From Akkermansia muciniphila (GTDB lineage: Bacteria > Bacillota > Clostridia > Oscillospirales > CAG-272): a stretch of 64,000 bases of DNA. The position numbers and the translations under genes are program-made. The notes below the pieces were generated by a model. It was not told the DNA's origin, did not search any database, and was given only the letters and a program-made list of their open reading frames with translations. The DNA lies in assembly GCA_963611795.1 (NCBI GenBank), contig CAVDSZ010000007.1, positions 21,014 through 85,013 on the forward strand. The letters run 5' to 3'. Shown here piece after piece: positions 9,097 to 16,674 of this stretch (positions are counted from its first letter, which is position 1; each line of letters opens with the position of its first letter).

Positions 9097-10923
9097 ATGT
9101 GTTCGATCTGCGGAATCTACGCCACGCGGGGATTGGGGCTCGGGGCGCTGTCGGCTGTGGAGTCGATGAGCGGTGCGATGACGCACCGGGGGCCGGATGC
9201 GGCGGGCGGATTTTCCTCGGCGAATGTCGCCATGCACCATAACCGGCTCGCCGTCGTGGACATCATCGGCGGGGCACAGCCGATGACGGTCGTCCTCGGC
9301 GGTAAGCGCTACACCGTTGTTTATAACGGGGAACTCTATAATACGGAAGAACTCACACGGGAACTTGCGGAGCGGGGGGTGACCCCGAGGACACACTCGG
9401 ATACAGAGGCACTGGTGTACGCATATGCAGTGTTCGGCGAGGACTGTCTTTCGCACCTGAACGGCATTTTTGCGTTCGCCGTCTATGATGATTTTGAGGG
9501 GAGCCTATTCTGCGCGCGCGATCGGCTCGGCGTCAAACCGTTTTTCTTTACCGAGGTGCAAGGGCAGTTCCTCTTCGCGTCGGAAGTGAAAGCACTGCTG
9601 AAACACCCGAGCGTCCGTCCCGTGCTTGACGCTCCCGGGCTTTGGCAGCTCCTGTATCTCGCGCCGGTGACGCTCCCGGGGTACAGTGTATTCCGCGGCA
9701 TCTCCGAGTTGCTCCCGGGCGAGTGCCTGCGTGTCGATGCCGTAGGACTTCATCGCCGCCGCTACTGGGATTACACGCCGGGGGCACATACCGAGGGGCG
9801 CGACGAAACGGTCGAGCACGTGCACAATCTGCTCACGGACGCGATTCGGCGGCAACTGGTGTCCGATGTGCCGCTCTGCTGTTTTTTGTCCGGAGGATTG
9901 GATTCTTCGGTCGTCAGCGCCGTCGCCGCGGAGAAGTACCGCGAGGATGAAAAGCGGCTCTCCACCTATTCTTTTGAGTACGAAGGAAACAAGTACGCTC
10001 CCACTCTCTTCCAGCCGAATCCGGACGATGATTACGCGCGCCTTATGGCAGACTATATCGGGTCGGATCATACGGTGCTCGTCGCCGACAGCGAGACGGT
10101 CGCGCGGGAACTGCTCCCGGCGGTCCTCTCGCGTGATTTCCCCGGGCAGGCGGATATCGACTCTTCACTGCGCTACTACTGCGCCCGCGTGAAAGAGAAG
10201 CATACGGTGGCACTCTCGGGCGAGTGCGCCGACGAGATTTTCGGCGGCTACCCATGGTTCTATCGTCCCGAGATGCTCTCACGCGACTTTTTCCCGTGGG
10301 TGCACGATCCCCGCGCGCGCATCGGGCTATTCGATGCGGCGGCGACCCGCGCCGAGGAGGGGTATGCGTATCTCTCCGAAGCTTACCACCACGCGGTCGC
10401 GTCGGTGCCGACAGACAATACGGAACCTGTGGAGGAACGTACTGCCCGCATCGCGACGCGTCTTTCAGTCGATTACTTTATGACGAATCTTCTTGAGCGC
10501 AAGGATCGCATGAGCATGGCGTCGGGGCTGGAAGTACGTGTGCCGTTCTCCGATCACCGCATTCTCGAATACGTGTACCGCGTCCCGTGGAAATACAAGT
10601 TTGAGGGGGGTGTGGAGAAGTCGCTCCTCCGTGAGGCGATGGCGTCGTACCTCCCGCCCGAGATTCTCCACCGGAAAAAGAGTCCGTATCCCAAGACCCA
10701 TAATCCCGCTTATGAAAAGCTCGTGCGTGAAATGCTCATGGCGCGCCTTGCCCGCCGTTCCAGTCCTCTGGCGCCGCTCCTGCGCCGCGGAGCAATCGAA
10801 GAGCTTACGTCCGGCGGCGACGTGACGTGGCTCGGGCAACTCATGTCCCGCCCGCAGATGTATGCGTGGCTCCTGCAGTTCGATTACTTTCTCACCGCAT
10901 ACCGGGCGGAACTCGTGCTTTGA
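9097..10923 (+). CDS. asnB: Asparagine synthase (glutamine-hydrolysing)
   Basis: The N-terminal Ntn-amidotransferase domain starts MCSICGIYA. The PP-loop motif is FLSGGLDSS. A C-terminal AsnB-type domain follows. GGGAGG lies 8 nt before ATG 9097. Confidence 0.85.
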   Translation: MCSICGIYATRGLGLGALSAVESMSGAMTHRGPDAAGGFSSANVAMHHNRLAVVDIIGGAQPMTVVLGGKRYTVVYNGELYNTEELTRELAERGVTPRTHSDTEALVYAYAVFGEDCLSHLNGIFAFAVYDDFEGSLFCARDRLGVKPFFFTEVQGQFLFASEVKALLKHPSVRPVLDAPGLWQLLYLAPVTLPGYSVFRGISELLPGECLRVDAVGLHRRRYWDYTPGAHTEGRDETVEHVHNLLTDAIRRQLVSDVPLCCFLSGGLDSSVVSAVAAEKYREDEKRLSTYSFEYEGNKYAPTLFQPNPDDDYARLMADYIGSDHTVLVADSETVARELLPAVLSRDFPGQADIDSSLRYYCARVKEKHTVALSGECADEIFGGYPWFYRPEMLSRDFFPWVHDPRARIGLFDAAATRAEEGYAYLSEAYHHAVASVPTDNTEPVEERTARIATRLSVDYFMTNLLERKDRMSMASGLEVRVPFSDHRILEYVYRVPWKYKFEGGVEKSLLREAMASYLPPEILHRKKSPYPKTHNPAYEKLVREMLMARLARRSSPLAPLLRRGAIEELTSGGDVTWLGQLMSRPQMYAWLLQFDYFLTAYRAELVL

Positions 10924-11003
10924 GAGAAACCGTTTGACGAAGCCCCGCTTTTGTGCTACACTCTTGTCAAAACGGGCGGACGCCCGGGTGAGAGGTGGCA
11001 CCT

Positions 11004-11861
11004 ATGGCAGAGAAGTATCGGAAATGGCTGGAGAAACACATCCACCCGATGACGGGGGAGCGCGTGGTGATTACGGGCGGGAACAGCGGCATTGGTTTTG
11101 CCGCCGCCGGAGAGTTCCTCTCGCTCGGCGCCGCCGTCACGCTTGCGTGCCGAAATGAGGCACGCGCCGTCGCCGCTTGTGAGCGGCTTCGGGCGCGCTA
11201 TCCGCTCGCCGATGTGAATTACATGATTGTGGATCTCGCTTCTTTCGCGTCGATTGACGCGTTTGCCGCCCGCCTTGTGGCGGATACCCGCCCGGTCGAC
11301 GTCTTTCTGCACTGCGCCGGGGTGTATTATCCCCCAAAGGCGACGACTGAGGACGGTCTGCCCATGACCGTCGGGGTGAACTACTGCGGGACCTTGCGGC
11401 TCTCCGAAGCAGTAGAGCCGTTGCTCCCACCCGGCGGACGCATGATTTTTGTCACCAGTCTTGTGGACAGAAACGGGAAAGTCGACCGTGACCCCGAGAA
11501 AGAGGGTTACGCCGCGTATGCGAAGAGCAAAACGCTCCTCTCCGCCTATGTTCTCCACCGCGCGAGGACGCGCACGGAGGGCATGCCGCTCTTCATCGCC
11601 GTCCACCCCGGCATTACGGCGACGGATTTGCTTTCGAGCGAAAAGACGGCGCATAAACCGCTGTTCTCCCGGATCGGGCACGCGTTTCTGTATCTCTTTA
11701 CCCATTCGCCCGAGAAAGCGGCGCTCACGGCGATTCGCGCCGCCGCCGGCGACGGGGAGAACGGGGATATCATCGCTCCGCGCGGGCTGTTCGGCATCAG
11801 CGGTTATCCGCACAAGACGCGCTTCTGCGCCCGTGTCCGCCGCGCGGAAAAGAATCTGTGA
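11004..11861 (+). CDS. Short-chain dehydrogenase/reductase (SDR) family oxidoreductase
   Basis: VVITGGNSGIGFAAA Rossmann motif, with CRNEARA after it (retinol-dehydrogenase-like SDR). ATG 11004 follows GAGAGGTG. Confidence 0.8.
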   Translation: MAEKYRKWLEKHIHPMTGERVVITGGNSGIGFAAAGEFLSLGAAVTLACRNEARAVAACERLRARYPLADVNYMIVDLASFASIDAFAARLVADTRPVDVFLHCAGVYYPPKATTEDGLPMTVGVNYCGTLRLSEAVEPLLPPGGRMIFVTSLVDRNGKVDRDPEKEGYAAYAKSKTLLSAYVLHRARTRTEGMPLFIAVHPGITATDLLSSEKTAHKPLFSRIGHAFLYLFTHSPEKAALTAIRAAAGDGENGDIIAPRGLFGISGYPHKTRFCARVRRAEKNL

Positions 11862-11929
11862 CAACCAAGTGACAACTATGTGATGCGGCGTTTTCACCGC
11901 CGATTCAATACGGTGTAAGACCGTCCAGG

Positions 11930-11961
11930 AAAAACGTGACCGGGAGCCGTGGCTCCCGGTC
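11930..11961 (-). terminator. Terminator of the metY-metA operon (also usable by the convergent SDR gene)
   Basis: Hairpin gaccgggagcc-gt-ggctcccggtc (11938-11961), flanked by an A-run on one side and a T-rich tract on the other. Confidence 0.75.
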
Positions 11962-11971
11962 GCGTTCTGTT

Positions 11972-12889
11972 TTATCCGATACTGGAAATATCGTAGGGCG
12001 TCGATTGATACACGAAATAGTTCAGCCAGTTGGTGAAGAGCAGGTTTGCCGCCGAGCGCCAGCGCACGAGCGGCTCCCGTGTCGGGTCGTCGTCAGGGAA
12101 GTAATGTTCCGGCACAGGAGTTCCGGGGTCGAGATGCCGGTCGCGCAGATATTCCTTTTTCAGCGTGTCGGGGTCGTATTCCGCGTGCCCGGTGAAGAAG
12201 ATCTGCCTGCCGTGGTTGGCGGTGACGGCGAAGACACCCGCCTCGGGCGAGGAGGCGAGAATCCGCAGTTCGGGTATTGCTTCGATGGCGGCGCGGTCAA
12301 CGCCGGTGTGGCGGGAATGCGGCACGTAAAATACGTCGTCGAACCCGCGGAAGAGAATGGAGCGCTTGTATTCCACCGTGTGCGGGTAAACGCCGGAGAG
12401 CTTCCGCTCGAGCGGCACCTTCTCGATGCCGTAGTGGTAGTATAGACCCGCCTGCGCGCCCCAGCAGATGTGGAGTGTGCTGTAAACGTGCGTCTTCGAC
12501 CACTCCATGATGTCTTTCAGCTCATCCCAGTATTCCACCTCGGAAAAAGGGAGACGCTCGACGGGCGCGCCCGTGATGACAAGACCGTCATAGTTGTTCT
12601 CGCGGATTTCGTCGAACGTGCGGTAGAAGGAGAGCAGATGCTCCTCGGGGGTATTTTTCGAGACGTGCGAGCGGGTGTGGATAAGCTCTGGCTCGACTTG
12701 CAGAGGCGTGTTGCCGAGCAGGCGGCAGAGCTGCGTCTCGGTGTCCACCTTGGTGGGCATCAGATTCAGAATCAGGATTTTTAAGGGGCGGATGTCCTGC
12801 GTGACGGCGCGCGTTTCGGTCATGACGAAAATGTTCTCGTCCTCGAGTGTGCGTACCGCCGGCAGTTCGTTCGGGATTTTGATTGGCAT
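11972..12889 (-). CDS. metA: Homoserine O-acyltransferase (MetA family)
   Basis: [23 protein letters not shown]...[15 protein letters not shown]...[11 protein letters not shown] is the canonical MetA sequence. Confidence 0.9.
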   Translation of the reverse strand: MPIKIPNELPAVRTLEDENIFVMTETRAVTQDIRPLKILILNLMPTKVDTETQLCRLLGNTPLQVEPELIHTRSHVSKNTPEEHLLSFYRTFDEIRENNYDGLVITGAPVERLPFSEVEYWDELKDIMEWSKTHVYSTLHICWGAQAGLYYHYGIEKVPLERKLSGVYPHTVEYKRSILFRGFDDVFYVPHSRHTGVDRAAIEAIPELRILASSPEAGVFAVTANHGRQIFFTGHAEYDPDTLKKEYLRDRHLDPGTPVPEHYFPDDDPTREPLVRWRSAANLLFTNWLNYFVYQSTPYDISSIG

Positions 12890-12894
12890 GGCGC

Positions 12895-14184
12895 TTATGC
12901 CTCCACCGCGTCGAGCGCGGCGGCGAGGTCGGCGATGAGGTCGTCCGGGTCCTCAATCCCGCAGGAGTAGCGGACGAGGTCGGGGCTCACTCCAGCCGCG
13001 ACGAGTTGCTCATCGGTCAGTTGGCGGTGCGTAGCACTCGCCGGGTGCAGACAGCAGGTGCGCGCGTCCGCGACGTGCGTCTCGATGGCGGCGACTTTCA
13101 GTTGTTTCATGAAGGCTTCTGCCGCGCGGCGTCCGCCCCGCACGCCGAAGCTGACAACGCCGGAGGAACCGTTCGGCAGGTATTTCTGCTGGAGTGCATG
13201 GTAGGGGTCGCCCGGCAGATCGGAGTAGCGGACCCAGGTAACGTTCGGGTGGCTTTCCAGGAAAGTCGCGACCTTCAGGGCGTTTGCACAGTGCTGCTTC
13301 ATGCGCAGGTGCAGGCTCTCGAGCCCGAGGTTTAAGAGGAAGGCGCTCTGCGGCGATTGCGTACAGCCGAAGTCACGCATGAGTTGTGTCGTTGCCTTGG
13401 TGATATAGGCACCCGCCTGCCCGAACTCTTTCACATAGGTGATGCCGTGGTAACTTTCGTCTGGGATGCAGAGCCCGGGGAACTTCCCGGCGTTCGCCGC
13501 CCAGTCGAATTTGCCCGAGTCGACGACGGCGCCCCCGACGGCGGCACCGTGGCCGTCCATATACTTGGTGGTCGAGTGCGTGACGATGTCCGCGCCGAAC
13601 TCGAACGGGCGACAGTTCACCGGCGTCGCAAAGGTGTTGTCGACGATGAGCGGGACGCCGTGCGCGTGCGCCGCTTTCGCGAACCGCTCGATATCGAGGA
13701 CGGTCAGGGACGGGTTGGAGACGGTCTCGCCGAACACCGCCTTGGTGTTCGGGCGGAATGCGGCGTCCAGTTCCGCGTCGGTCGCGTCGGGGGAGACGAA
13801 CGTGAAGTCGATGCCCATACGTTTCATCGTGACGGCGAAGAGGTTGAACGTGCCGCCGTAAATGTGAGCGGAGGCGATGACGTGATCACCCGCCCCGGCT
13901 ATATTGAACACGGCGAAGAAGTTGGCGGCTTGCCCGGAGGAGGTCAGCATCGCGGCGGTACCGTCCTCGAGGGCGGCGATTTTCGCGGCGACCGCGTCGC
14001 AGGTCGGATTCTGCAGACGGGAATAGAAGTAGCCGCTTGCTTTGAGGTCGAAGAGGTCTCCCATGGCTTCGCTGGTCTCGTAGCGGAAGGTCGTGCTCTG
14101 CACAATGGGGATCTGTCTCGGCTCCCCGTTTTTCGGTGTGTAGCCCCCCTGTACGCAGGTGGTGGCGATGCCGGACTTTTTCAT
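12895..14184 (-). CDS. metY: O-acetylhomoserine sulfhydrylase / aminocarboxypropyltransferase (PLP, Cys/Met metabolism family)
   Basis: TTCVQGGY...[10 protein letters not shown]...YSRLQNPT...[11 protein letters not shown] (PLP-lysine motif). Confidence 0.9.
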   Translation of the reverse strand: MKKSGIATTCVQGGYTPKNGEPRQIPIVQSTTFRYETSEAMGDLFDLKASGYFYSRLQNPTCDAVAAKIAALEDGTAAMLTSSGQAANFFAVFNIAGAGDHVIASAHIYGGTFNLFAVTMKRMGIDFTFVSPDATDAELDAAFRPNTKAVFGETVSNPSLTVLDIERFAKAAHAHGVPLIVDNTFATPVNCRPFEFGADIVTHSTTKYMDGHGAAVGGAVVDSGKFDWAANAGKFPGLCIPDESYHGITYVKEFGQAGAYITKATTQLMRDFGCTQSPQSAFLLNLGLESLHLRMKQHCANALKVATFLESHPNVTWVRYSDLPGDPYHALQQKYLPNGSSGVVSFGVRGGRRAAEAFMKQLKVAAIETHVADARTCCLHPASATHRQLTDEQLVAAGVSPDLVRYSCGIEDPDDLIADLAAALDAVEA

Positions 14185-14225
14185 GTTGAACTCCTTTCGG
14201 TAGGTGATTTACTTTTATATTTTGT

Positions 14226-14494
14226 GTAAAAAAACAAAAAACACCCGTCTCTTTTGAGACGGATGACTCCGCGGTACCACTCAAATTCACGGTCGGAACC
14301 GTGCCCTCACAGGCGCTGACACGCCCCGGCGGAACTCTCGCGCGCCACACGGGAGACCCTACACGCGTCTGACGCGCTCGAACCTCCGGCTCAGGAGCCA
14401 TAGGCACATTCTCTCTGGGCGACCGACTCGCACCACACGTCGGCTCTCTTGGCACCCTCGGGGAAGACCCTCTCCCTCATCGCCTTGCTGATTT
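14226..14494 (-). promoter_or_regulatory. T-box leader (apparent Met specifier AUG) controlling metY-metA
   Basis: Minus-strand RNA shows a K-turn GAUGA, AGAGAG and GGUGCGA stem-I motifs, and a specifier bulge CCU-AUG-G (AUG at 14399-14401). The T-box motif AAUUUGAGUGGUACCGCGG is at 14269-14287. Terminator hairpin ccgtctc-aaaa-gagacgg plus U-run is at 14226-14264. Confidence 0.85.
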
Positions 14495-14500
14495 TGATTC

Positions 14501-14529
14501 ATTATACCCGATTTGTATGCCCGTGTCAA
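14501..14529 (-). promoter_or_regulatory. Consensus sigma-A promoter of the Met T-box operon
   Basis: Minus strand reads TTGACA (14524-14529), 17 nt spacer, TATAAT (14501-14506). Confidence 0.75.
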
Positions 14530-14562
14530 GGCGTTTGAGAAAAAACTTTTTGGCTTTACTGC

Positions 14563-14591
14563 TTTACAGAGATAAAGCATTGTGTTATACT
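14563..14591 (+). promoter_or_regulatory. Promoter of the yerC-like gene
   Basis: TTTACA (14563-14568), 17 nt spacer, TGtTATACT (-10 at 14586-14591). Confidence 0.6.
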
Positions 14592-14622
14592 GAAAGCGGA
14601 AAAACACATTTCGGAGGTGCCT

Positions 14623-14937
14623 ATGAACGGAGAGAACACGACGCTGTCTGAGCAACTGGAACTGCTTTTTGGCGTGATGGCGACGCTGGATACGCCCGAA
14701 AAGGTGAAGCGCTTTCTCACCGATGTCTGCACGGATACGGAGATCGAATACATGGCACAGCGGGTGGAATCCGCGCGCCTGCTCCTCTCTGGCGCGACGT
14801 ATCAGCAGGTGAGCGGGGCGGTGAAGATCTCGTCGGCGACGCTCAGCCGCGTCAACCGGTGTATCAAGCACGGCTCGGGTGGATATGCCGCCCTGCTCGC
14901 GGAATACCTCGCGGGGGAGAGCGAAAAAAACTCTTGA
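14623..14937 (+). CDS. YerC/YecD-family (TrpR-like) small DNA-binding protein
   Basis: LELLFGVMATLDTPEKVKRFLTDVCTDTEIEYMAQRVESARLLLSGATYQQVSGAVKISSATLSRVNRC matches the YerC/YecD pattern. ATG 14623 lies 5 nt after GGAGG. Confidence 0.75.
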   Translation: MNGENTTLSEQLELLFGVMATLDTPEKVKRFLTDVCTDTEIEYMAQRVESARLLLSGATYQQVSGAVKISSATLSRVNRCIKHGSGGYAALLAEYLAGESEKNS

Positions 14938-14962
14938 CACGCCGCACCCAGTTGTGTATAAT
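14934..14962 (+). promoter_or_regulatory. Consensus promoter of the Leu T-box operon
   Basis: TTGACA (14934-14939, containing the yerC-like stop TGA at 14935-14937), 17 nt spacer, TATAAT (14957-14962). Confidence 0.75.
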
Positions 14963-14969
14963 GCAGTCA

Positions 14970-15246
14970 ATAAATGCGTGGATGGTATTATGTCGCCATC
15001 GTATGACCTACACAGAGAGCCGCCGGTCGGTGCAAGGCGGTGGGGTCGGATGACGACAGTCTCGTACCGGAGCAGGCGCCCCGAACCGCTGTCGCAGTAA
15101 GGGCACCCGGACGGATCCCGTCACAGATCCTCGGCTTGTCAGAGCCGTCAGAGCGGTCGCCCCCGGGGCGGCAATGTCGGGTGGTACCGTGGTTGCATCG
15201 CAATCATCCCGCAGAAGTCTCAGGACTTCTGCGGTTTTTGTTTTTT
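14970..15246 (+). promoter_or_regulatory. T-box leader, apparent Leu specifier CUC
   Basis: K-turn UGC-GUGGAU-GGUA pairs with UACC-GGA-GCA. AGAGAG and GGUGCAA motifs are present. The specifier bulge is AGU-CUC-G (CUC at 15061-15063). T-box motif GGGUGGUACCGUGG is at 15179-15192. Terminator stem ccgcagaagtc/gacttctgcgg plus U-run is at 15209-15246. Confidence 0.85.
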
Positions 15247-15279
15247 AACGTCAGTTTGTATGATCGGGAGGAGAGCAGA

Positions 15280-16674
15280 ATGAAACAGCAAAATATAAGA
15301 GTGGTGACGGTTTCGGACAGGACGCTCGCGGTGTGTGTCGACGGGCGCGAGGCGCCGTTAACGTTCCGTGAGCGGACACGGATTGCCGAGATTCTTTCGG
15401 GCGCCGGGGTGGACGCGATTGAACTCCCCGCCATGACCCGCCCGCGCGAGGAGACGGTCGTGAACCGCACGATTGCGCTCGCTGCCGGGGAGGTTGCCGT
15501 TAAGATTCCCGTGGCGTGCGAGGAGGGTGTTGCCGCGGCGTATGAGAGTGTCCGCGACGCCATTCACCCGGTTCTGCAGGTCGTCATGCCGACTTCTACG
15601 CTCGGTATGGAATACCGCTTACATAAAAAGGCACCCGCCGCCCGCGACCATGCCGTTTCGCTCTGCCGTGCGGCGCGGGCGATTGCCCCCGCCGTCGAGT
15701 TCGTGGCGGAGGACGCATCCCGCGCGGAGCCCGCTTTCCTTGCAGAGCTCATGCAGGCGGTCATCGCCGTCGGGGTCACTTCGTTTGTCCTTTGCGATGA
15801 CGCCGGGAACTGGCTCCCCGAGGAGGCGGCGGCGACCGTCCGGGCGCTTGTGACGCCCGCATGCCCGCTCCTGATCCGCCCCGCGATGTCGCTCGGGCTC
15901 GCGTCTGCGGTCGCCGCCGCGGCGCTCACGGCGGGTGCCGCCGGGGTCGTCACCGGCTTGGGCGGTGGTTCTTACACTGCGGCGGCACTCTCCGACCTGT
16001 TGACCGCCCGCGGCGAGACGCTGGGGCTATCCTCCCGCCTCGTCGCCACCGCCATTCACCGGGAGACGGAGGAGATTCACCGCACCGCCGGCGGCATCGG
16101 CGGGAAGCGGCAGGATCCTATCGCCGCACGCATCGCGCTCGGCGCGGACGCTACGCTCGGCGAGGTCTCCGACGCTTGTAACGCCCTCGGCTATGAACTC
16201 TCCGATGAGGATATTACCCATGTCGTGCGTGAGGTACAGCGTGTCGCAGAGAAGAAGGAGTCGATTGGCGCCCGAGAGCTGGAAGCCATTGTTGCCACCG
16301 CCGCCATGCAGGTGCCCTCGACCTACCACCTCGTGAGTTATCTCGTCAGTACAGGGAATGTGATTTCTCCTATGGCGGAAGTCACACTGAAAACAGGGGA
16401 GCGCACGCAGTCGGGGGTCTCCATGGGTGACGGTCCGATTGACGCGGCGTTCCGCGCGCTCGAGCAAATCATCGGGCACCACTATGAGCTCGACGATTTC
16501 GAGATTCAATCGGTGACGGAGGGGCGCGGCGCCGTCGGCTCCGCCCTCGTCAAGTTGCGTCACGACGGCAGACTGTACGCGGGGCAGGGCATCTCGACCG
16601 ATATCATCGGCGCGAGCGTGCGTGCCTACCTCAACGCTTTGAACAAGATTATCTATGAGGATATACGGGAATGA
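15280..16674 (+). CDS. 2-isopropylmalate synthase-like protein lacking catalytic residues but retaining the LeuA C-terminal (allosteric/dimerisation) domain
   Basis: HMGL-like TIM-barrel similarity, but DRTLAVCVD replaces DTTLRDGEQ and IRPAMSLGLA replaces the HxHxDxG metal motif. The C-terminus GVSMGDGPIDAAFRALEQII...SVTEGRGAVGSALVKLRHDGRLYAGQGISTDIIGASVRAYLNALNKI is a clear LeuA_dimer domain. ATG 15280 follows GGGAGGAG. The track start at 15040 reads through the T-box leader. Confidence 0.7.
   Translation: MKQQNIRVVTVSDRTLAVCVDGREAPLTFRERTRIAEILSGAGVDAIELPAMTRPREETVVNRTIALAAGEVAVKIPVACEEGVAAAYESVRDAIHPVLQVVMPTSTLGMEYRLHKKAPAARDHAVSLCRAARAIAPAVEFVAEDASRAEPAFLAELMQAVIAVGVTSFVLCDDAGNWLPEEAAATVRALVTPACPLLIRPAMSLGLASAVAAAALTAGAAGVVTGLGGGSYTAAALSDLLTARGETLGLSSRLVATAIHRETEEIHRTAGGIGGKRQDPIAARIALGADATLGEVSDACNALGYELSDEDITHVVREVQRVAEKKESIGARELEAIVATAAMQVPSTYHLVSYLVSTGNVISPMAEVTLKTGERTQSGVSMGDGPIDAAFRALEQIIGHHYELDDFEIQSVTEGRGAVGSALVKLRHDGRLYAGQGISTDIIGASVRAYLNALNKIIYEDIRE

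Noticed and set aside
14226-14494. Expected SAM-I (S-box) riboswitch upstream of metY
   Set aside because: The leader instead shows the T-box motif, K-turn, AGAGAG and GGUGCGA elements. No S-box features were noticed.
15040-15279. N-terminal extensions of track ORFs (15040, 20163, 22826, also 26028, 53121, 3393, 3673, 33349, 31981)
   Set aside because: The extensions read through T-box leaders and terminators or through upstream genes. Internal ATG or GTG codons with good GGAGG sites match the family N-termini, so the shorter starts were used.
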